DNA from: Octopus sinensis
Lineage: Eukaryota
Direction of reading: 5' to 3'
Length of the DNA: 5,929 bases
Assembly (NCBI RefSeq): GCF_006345805.1
Contig: NW_021829815.1
Coordinates: 1-5,929, forward strand
Shown here: positions 1 through 5,929 of the stretch, piece after piece
How the letters are laid out: the number at the start of each line of letters is the position of its first letter
Numbering within the stretch: the first letter of the stretch is position 1
Notes under the pieces: generated by a model
Told to the model about the DNA's origin: nothing
Databases searched by the model: none
The model's input: only the letters and a program-made list of their open reading frames with translations
Program-made: the position numbers and the translations under genes

Positions 1-67
1 CTATATGTATGTATATATATCTATGTCTGTTTATGTGTGTGCGTGTTCATATCTAAATGCATTTATG

Positions 68-115
<48 letters not shown>

Positions 116-385
116 ATATATATGTATGTATATACATATATATCTGCGTGTATGCATATATATGAGTGTATATATATTATATATATAAATGCATATATAT
201 ATACATATATATATACATACATATATATCTGCGTGTGTGAATATACATGTGTGAATATACATGTGTGAATATACATGTGTGTATATGTATATATATCCGC
301 ATATACATACATACATACACACATACATACTTATACATACATACATATATATATATATGTATAGGCATATACATACACACATATA
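1..385. repeat. Compound dinucleotide microsatellite, (TA)n/(TG)n grading into (TACA)n/(CA)n
   Basis: Seen directly: almost uninterrupted purine-pyrimidine alternation. It accounts for the Y/I/V/C/M/H/T-only ORFs 5..268, 31..324, 53..403 and 247..459. Confidence 0.97.
234..281. repeat. 14-bp tandem repeat TGTGTGAATATACA x3 plus partial copy
   Basis: Exact copies at 234-247, 248-261 and 262-275, then TGTGTG at 276-281. Confidence 0.95.
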
Positions 386-690
386 AATGTAATGAAAAAT
401 CAAAAGGGGGAACTATAAAAGAGGCAAATAATATGCAAGTAATAAATTTATTGAAATAAACATTATTAAAGAAAAGGATTCCACTATTAAGATAAAAATG
501 TAATAAATACGCCAACAAAGACATAGAATAAAAAACAATATAAAAAAAGATGACACGTGGAAAAAGAAAATGGAACATAATGAAATAACGGAAGAAAATA
601 GAAATAAAACAGAACACAAAAACATGAGATAAAAAATCCGTGACAGCGGAAACAAATAAATATGAAGAAAATAGACAAAATCTAAGAGTT
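386..690. other. A-rich non-periodic low-complexity tract
   Basis: Strong excess of A with short A-runs and no clear period. The antisense ORFs are F/L/I/Y-rich compositional artefacts. Confidence 0.7.
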
Positions 691-879
691 TGGCAATTCT
701 GACATCATCTTTCTTTTTACCCAGTAGAAAGTAACAATTTCTCTGGTATCACATTCACACTAAGCGATTACGTGAATAGAAAGTTACTTTTTGTTCTCTT
801 TTTGACGCTATATTTATTATTCTTTCGTTGAATGAACGAATAAGAAATCGCCATTTTGTTTATTGTTTTCGCTCGCTGG

Positions 880-1405
880 TTAATTTTGTTTTAAATTTCT
901 TTTTCTAGAAGACGCGTGGTTTTTTTTTTATCAGTGTTTTTAATTTTATTTTTGTCAGTTATTTTTCTTTTTGGTTTCTTTGTAATGTTTAGCTTCTATT
1001 TTGTAATATTTAGAATATTTATATATTTTATTTTATCTTTCATTTTTTCTGATTTAAAAATAATTTTTATCTTATTTTTTTGTTTCTTTATTTTTATTGA
1101 TATCATTTGCATTTTTCTTACAATTAATGTTTTCATGTTTTTATTTTTCTATTTGTTTTTTTTTTTTCAGTTCTGATTGTCCTAGTTTTTTTAAATGATC
1201 ATAATATATTTTTTTTTCCAAAATTTCTTAATATTATTTTCTTTTTGTATTAATATTATTAGGTTCCTTTTGTTAATTTTTGTAATATTTTATAACCTTT
1301 ATTTTATAATATTTTATTTTATATTTATTTGTATATATTCAACTCTGTTTTGGGCAGGTATTTCATTTCAGCCACAACGTGTCACATTTTTTAATACTTT
1401 AATAT
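880..1405. other. T-rich non-periodic low-complexity tract
   Basis: Strong excess of T with many T-runs. ORFs 916..1176 and 1195..1413 are F/I/L-only artefacts. Confidence 0.75.
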
Positions 1406-1408
1406 TTC

Positions 1409-1430
1409 GATGATGATGATCATGATGATG

Positions 1431-1478
<48 letters not shown>

Positions 1479-1521
1479 TAACAATAACAATATTAATATT
1501 AATATTAATAATAATAATAAT

Positions 1522-1552
<31 letters not shown>

Positions 1553-1677
1553 GATGATGATGATATTAAATAACAACAATAGCAAGAACAACAACGATAA
1601 TAACAGTAGCAACAAAAATGATAACAACAACAATAATATTAATAATTATTTTATTATTATCATCATCATCATCATCA

Positions 1678-1726
<49 letters not shown>

Positions 1727-1745
1727 TGTTGTTATTATTATCATT
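1409..1745. repeat. Compound trinucleotide microsatellite: (GAT)/(AAT)/(AAC) followed by (ATC)7(ATT)14
   Basis: Read directly: (ATC)7 at 1659-1679 and (ATT)14 at 1680-1721. Confidence 0.95.
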
Positions 1746-1799
1746 GGTTTGGTTCTACCCCCCCCCCAATACAAATTAAGTTGTGAAAGAAATACGGAG

Positions 1800-2155
1800 G
1801 CAGCGAAAGCAACAGCAACAATGAAAACAGAAATAATAACAATAAGAACAAGAATAACAGCAACAACAATAACAACAATAACAACAAAAACAACAAGAAG
1901 AATAGTAATGAATAAAAGCATACTAATGATATTTAGAATGAGGAAGATTACGATGACAGCAATGATAATGAGGACGATAATGGGTGATGACGATGATGAC
2001 GAATATGTGATGAAGCTAGTGATGACTATGATGATGATGATGATTAAAGTTGTGGCATGACAATAACCAGTATGAGGATAATATTGATGCGACTAAGGGA
2101 ATGATTAATGTTGCTGATGGTTATTATGACAACAATGATGATGATGATGACGATG

Positions 2156-2211
<56 letters not shown>

Positions 2212-2312
2212 GATGATGATGATGACAGTAAACAAAAAACAACGCCAAAATAATAATAATAATAATAATAGTAATAATAATAATATAAATAATAATAATG
2301 ATAATAATAATG

Positions 2313-2361
<49 letters not shown>

Positions 2362-2375
2362 TAATAATAATAATG
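1800..2375. repeat. Degenerate (AAC/AAT/GAT) trinucleotide field with near-pure (GAT)n ~2135-2225 and (AAT)n ~2251-2372
   Basis: Read directly. It explains the poly-D, poly-M, poly-N, poly-H and poly-I ORFs. Confidence 0.93.
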
Positions 2376-2485
2376 AGAGACACGATAACGACAGCATAGA
2401 AACCAGCAATGATTGTACGAAGATGGAAGCAAACTGTACGAGAATGACAAACTTTTGAATTGAAAATATCACTCTGGAAAGGAAT

Positions 2486-3042
2486 ATAATAATGATACTT
2501 GCAACAATGATGATGATGATGATAATAATAATAATAAAATAATAATAATAGTAATAATAGTAATAATAATAATAGTAACAATAACAATTATAATGATAGT
2601 ATTGATGATAGAAATAATAATGATGATGACTATAATGATGATGATGTTGATGATGATGATGATGAGGATAATGATAATAGTAATAATAGTAATAATATTA
2701 ATAATAATAATGATAATAATAATAGTAAAAATAACAATTATAATGATAGTATTGATAATAGTAATAATAATGATGATGACTATGATGATGGTGGTGTTGG
2801 TGATGATGATGATGAGGATAATAATAATGATAACAGTAATAATAATAATGATGATATTAATAATAATATTAATAATAATGGTAATAATAATAGTAAAAAT
2901 AATGATGACGACAACGACGACGACGACGATGATGATGATGATAGTAATAATAATAGTATTGATAATAGTAATAATAATAATGATGATAACGATGCTGCTG
3001 CTGCTGTTACTGATGATGATGATGATGATGATAAAAATAATG

Positions 3043-3075
<33 letters not shown>

Positions 3076-3082
3076 TAATAAT

Positions 3083-3128
<46 letters not shown>

Positions 3129-3300
3129 TAATTACAACAGCAACAATAATAATAACAACAACAATAATAATGACAACAGCAATAATAATAATATTGATGG
3201 CGATAATGATTATAATAATGCTGATGATAAGAAAAGTGACTGCTGTGATAACAACAACTGGCATAACAACAACAAGAATATAGAAAATAACAAAATAAGT
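2486..3300. repeat. Degenerate (AAT/GAT/AGT/AAC) trinucleotide field containing a 150-bp-period duplication
   Basis: Read directly. 2563-2672 matches 2713-2822 with 7 mismatches in 110 nt and no gaps. Confidence 0.92.
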
Positions 3301-3305
3301 AAATG

Positions 3306-3554
3306 AATCATAATATAGTCACCGTGTCACCATCATAATCATCATCCCCATCATCACCACCACCACCACCACCATCATCATCATCACCATCATCATCACC
3401 ATCATTATCATCATCATCATCATCATCACCACCACCACCATCATCACCACCACCACCACCATCATCATCATCTTCGCCGTCGTTGTCGTCGTCATCATCT
3501 TCCTCGTCATTATCGTCATTGTCATCGTCATCATCACCATCATCATCATCATCA

Positions 3555-3600
<46 letters not shown>
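3306..3600. repeat. (CAT/CAC/CGT)n followed by (ATT)n microsatellite, opposite polarity to the upstream GAT/AAT field
   Basis: Read directly; near-pure (ATT)n at ~3557-3600. Confidence 0.95.
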
Positions 3601-3629
3601 CACTCAACATCAAGATCCTCATTCAGGTG

Positions 3630-3656
3630 CTACAACTACAGCAACTACCACAACAG

Positions 3657-3696
<40 letters not shown>

Positions 3697-3702
3697 AACT
3701 AC

Positions 3703-3760
<58 letters not shown>

Positions 3761-3772
3761 GCCACTACCGCT
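3630..3772. repeat. (CTA)n microsatellite
   Basis: Near-pure ACT/CTA run at ~3657-3750 with two CAA/TAA interruptions. Confidence 0.96.
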
Positions 3773-3889
3773 ATTGCATATTTAAGCGAACATGCCAAAC
3801 AGCTGCCATAACTCTTTATCAGATTGTCAGTTTGACACATAATCGATATTATTGGGAGAAATAACAGTTACACGCCTTTACTCACCGAT

Positions 3890-3998
3890 ACCCCACACCC
3901 GCCACAACTGCCAAAAACCTCTACCCGACATTTCCATTCTTTATCACCACCACCACCGCCACTGCCGCCACCACCACCACAACCACCACCGCCACCTT
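3890..3998. repeat. C-rich (CAC/CCG/CCA)n degenerate repeat
   Basis: Read directly. It gives the poly-G, poly-H and poly-V ORF stretches. Confidence 0.85.
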
Positions 3999-4083
3999 CA
4001 AAACACAAAACCGCCACCCAGCGGAATATATCCCGAACCGAAGCAGGAACAACAGCGCGGTGAAATGAAAACAAAATTGAACA

Positions 4084-4198
4084 CGATGACGATAATGATG
4101 GTGATGATGATGATGATGATACTTACGATGGCGAAGGTGACGCTTCGCTGGTGACAGTGATGAAGTTGATGATGACGATGATGATGATGATGACGATG
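4084..4198. repeat. Degenerate (GAT)n microsatellite
   Basis: Read directly. Confidence 0.88.
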
Positions 4199-4204
4199 AA
4201 CGAT

Positions 4205-4232
4205 CACACACACACACACACACACACACACA
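4205..4232. repeat. Perfect (CA)14 microsatellite
   Basis: 14 CA units counted at 4205-4232. Confidence 0.98.
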
Positions 4233-4411
4233 CCAATCAATATGGTTCAAGAAGTGAAACGAGAGACTCTGCTCTTGGGTTGCCTTTATCTCGTTAGGAC
4301 CATTTCGGATCTAACCCCGTGGTTGCAGCAAGTACCGTTTGAAATGCATGCATGGGATGTAGAAATCTAGCCGGGAATTTAATAATCCTGTTTCTTATTT
4401 AATCAAAAGTT

Positions 4412-4578
4412 AATATATATATCCTTTTCTACTCTAAGCACAATGCCCGATATTTTTGGGGGAGGGAGCTAGTCGGTTAGTACGCAACTGGTACTTAATT
4501 TATCGACCGCGAAAGGATGAAAGGCAAAGTTGACCTCGACGGAATTCGAACTCAGAACGTAGCGACAGACGAAATACC
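4412..4578 (-). mobile_element. 5'-truncated tRNA-derived SINE of Octopus type with a Meta/MESC-like central domain
   Basis: The minus strand reads GGTATTTCGTCTGTCGCTACGTTCTGAGTTCGAATTCC (B-box-like), then CTTTGCCTTTCATCCTTTCGCGGTCGATAAATTAAGTACCAG, then CCCTCCCCCAAAAATATCGGGCATTGTGCTTAGAGTAGAAAAGG and an (AT) tail. The family match and domain name are from recall of octopus repeats and MetaSINE cores, not from a search. No A-box or 5' head is present. Confidence 0.8.
4541..4552 (-). promoter_or_regulatory. Pol III B-box-like motif in the SINE (AGTTCGAATTCC)
   Basis: Resembles the tRNA B-box GGTTCGANNCC. No paired A-box lies upstream, so it is probably non-functional. Confidence 0.6.
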
Positions 4579-4614
4579 TATTTCTTTACTACCCACAAAG
4601 GGCTAAACACAGAG
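4579..4614 (-). mobile_element. Isolated 3'-tail fragment of a related octopus SINE subfamily
   Basis: The minus strand reads CTCTGTGTTTAGCCCTTTGTGGGTAGTAAAGAAATA, which I recall as a common octopus SINE 3' terminus. It abuts the 4412-4578 body with no spacer. Confidence 0.6.
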
Positions 4615-4615
4615 T

Positions 4616-4660
4616 GATATAGATATATAGAGATATAGTTATATAGAGATATAGATATAG
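4616..4660. repeat. (ATATAG)n degenerate microsatellite
   Basis: Read directly. It sits where the internal AT/GT microsatellite lies in the full SINE copy (5309-5345). Confidence 0.85.
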
Positions 4661-4890
4661 TGTGCGCGTGTGCTTGTGTGTCTGTTTGTCTCCCCAACAT
4701 CGCTTGACAACCGATGCTGGTGTGTTTAAGTCCCCGTAATTTAGCAGTTCGGCAAAAGAGACCGATAGAATAAGTACTAACGCTTACAAAGAATTGGTCC
4801 TGGGGTCAAGTTGCTCGACTAAAGGCGGTGCTCCAGCATGGCCGCAGTCAAATGACTGAAACAAATAAATCAATAAAAATATAAAAGAAA
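4661..4890 (+). mobile_element. 3' half of the plus-strand octopus SINE (same family as 5156-5565)
   Basis: 4686-4864 aligns by eye to 5363-5540 with about 17 differences in ~179 nt (~90%). It ends in an A-rich tail; the tRNA-like 5' half is absent. Confidence 0.9.
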
Positions 4891-5155
4891 GTGTTAATGT
4901 TTCTCTTGGTTGTAAAGTATTTTGAGCTCTCTTTTGTGGGGATTTTGTTACTGTGCTCCAGTATGCTTTCAGTGGGCAGTATTTGGCTGTTGTGACATAT
5001 CTCAACATCATCTCATCCTGATAATACGAGTCTTTTGACGTTGTGGGAATTTTGTTGAATGATTTTCGAAACTTTACCTTTCCAAAAAAACTGCAAAGAA
5101 CTCGTATGAAATTAATTATAAAAAACATTTTCATCAAGTGAAAAATATAATTATT

Positions 5156-5565
5156 GGAACTGCTGTGTGGTAAGTAGCTTGCTAACCAACCACATGGGTC
5201 CGAGTTCAGTCCCACTGCGTGGCATCGGGCAAGTGTCTTCTGCTATAGCCCCGGGCCGACCAATGCCTTGTGAGTGGATTTGGTAGACGGAAACTGAAGA
5301 AGCTGTCGATATATGATATATATAATATATGTATGTGTGTGTATGTGTTTGTGTGTCTGTGCTTGTCTCCCTAACATTGCTTGACAACCGATGCTGGTGT
5401 GTTTACGTCCCCGTCACTTAGCGGTTCGGCAAAAGAGAACGATAGAATAAGTACTGGGCTTCCAAAGAATAAGTCCCGGGGTCGATTTGCTCGACTAAAG
5501 GCGGTGCTCCAGCATGGCTGCAGTCAAATGACTGAAACAAGTAAAAGAGAAAAGAGAAAGAGAAA
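5156..5565 (+). mobile_element. Near full-length tRNA-derived SINE (Octopus type; possibly one of the OR1/OR2/OK families, subfamily not assigned)
   Basis: In order: A-box-like TGCTGTGTGG (5161-5170), B-box-like AGTTCAGTCCC (5203-5213), CORE-like GGGCAAGTGTC (5227-5237), internal (AT)/(GT) microsatellite at 5309-5345, a 3' domain duplicated at 4686-4864, and a short-repeat tail GTAAAAGAGAAAAGAGAAAGAGAAA (5541-5565). The taxon and family link is from recall. Confidence 0.88.
5161..5213 (+). promoter_or_regulatory. Internal type-2 Pol III promoter remnant (A box and B box)
   Basis: A-box-like motif at 5161-5170 and B-box-like motif at 5203-5213, with tRNA-like spacing of about 32 nt. Both deviate from consensus. 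Confidence 0.6.
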
Positions 5566-5580
5566 TGTAATATGTAGAAA

Positions 5581-5929
5581 GAACAAGCCGTTCCACCAGT
5601 ACACGATTCTTCTTAGCCTCCATATATGCTCACGTTTTCGTTTTTGCCGTTGAAGGCTTTTTTCATATACGCCAGCCAAGATAAGTTAAAAATTGTCTAA
5701 AGTCGTAAGACGCTCCTGTCCTTGTACTGTCCACCATTCATGTTTTTATTTCTGTTTTTATATATATTTTGTTTCTGTATTATATTCGTGTGGCATCCTG
5801 TCTTTGTTCCGTATACATTCGACCCTCTTTTCAAGAAATCCAATGCCTGGTGGCTTGGACTTTCCTTGGGGCTGGCCGGATCGGAGTGATATCGAGATTA
5901 AACAGCCGAAAGATGATCCGGTTCCCGAC
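5581..5929. mobile_element. Putative unclassified interspersed repeat fragment, running off the window end
   Basis: Complex, non-microsatellite sequence with ~55% GC over 5841-5929 and no ORF. It resembles sequence I recall as repetitive in Octopus assemblies, but this is unverified and the class is unknown. Confidence 0.35.

Noticed and set aside
2050-2253. ORF MWHDNNQYEDNIDATKG...(D)n as an aspartate-rich protein
   Set aside because: It is short, has no signal peptide, and sits within the same degenerate GAT field.
2563-2990. CRISPR-like repeat-spacer array
   Set aside because: The units are low-complexity tandem duplications with no unique spacers, and the context is eukaryotic with no cas genes.
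2538-3083. 182-codon stop-free Asn/Asp-rich frame resembling acidic biomineralisation proteins
   Set aside because: It has no ATG or splice acceptor. In-phase AAT/GAT repeats leave two of three frames open automatically (the Ile/Met frame is open too), so openness is not evidence of coding.
3221-3236. Hammerhead-like CTGATGA...GAAA
   Set aside because: Only 3 nt (TAA) lie between the motifs, so stem II cannot form, and it is embedded in a GAT microsatellite.
5-3785. The many long six-frame ORFs (poly-I/M/N/D/H/L/V/Y, FLI-rich)
   Set aside because: They are direct translations of microsatellites or A/T-rich tracts, overlap on both strands, and show no domain-like sequence.
3880-3886. Consensus splice donor GTGAGT on the minus strand
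   Set aside because: The upstream candidate exon is Gly/Val low-complexity sequence with no good acceptor. A 6-mer match is expected by chance.
3945-3998. G-quadruplex on the minus strand from (GGT/GGC)n
   Set aside because: Only GG runs are present (two-tier, weak), and this is a generic property of the repeat.
4270-4375. Possible terminal exon after a pyrimidine-rich ...CTCGTTAG acceptor (TISDLTPWLQQVPFEMHAWDVEI*)
   Set aside because: I recognise no protein, there is no supporting upstream exon in the window, and RNA-seq would be needed.
5156-5225. Functional tRNA gene
   Set aside because: The A and B boxes are degenerate, no full cloverleaf can be built, and the sequence continues directly into a SINE body.
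5143-5573. Target-site duplication AAATATAATTAT (5143-5154) / AAATGTAATAT (5563-5573) around the full SINE
   Set aside because: It matches only 10/12 with a gap in very AT-rich sequence. Plausible but indistinguishable from chance.

Overview
This is an AT-rich eukaryotic non-coding window (intron or intergenic) with no supportable protein-coding gene, structural RNA gene or CRISPR array. Positions 1-4250 are mostly compound di- and trinucleotide microsatellite and low-complexity DNA, which explains nearly all ORFs in the six-frame track. Positions ~4410-5565 hold a cluster of tRNA-derived SINE pieces: a headless minus-strand element fused to a second tail fragment, the 3' half of a plus-strand SINE, and a near full-length copy of that plus-strand SINE (the two plus-strand copies are ~90% identical over ~179 nt). 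From memory, these match highly repeated Octopus (coleoid cephalopod) SINEs, so an octopus origin is likely; this was not checked by any search. The last ~350 nt look like another unclassified repeat with a structured GC-rich end cut by the window edge. I found no convincing novel biological system. The best leads are the modular SINE architecture, a 150-bp higher-order repeat inside the microsatellite field, mirror-ordered repeats that could fold back into dsRNA, and the structured terminal segment.
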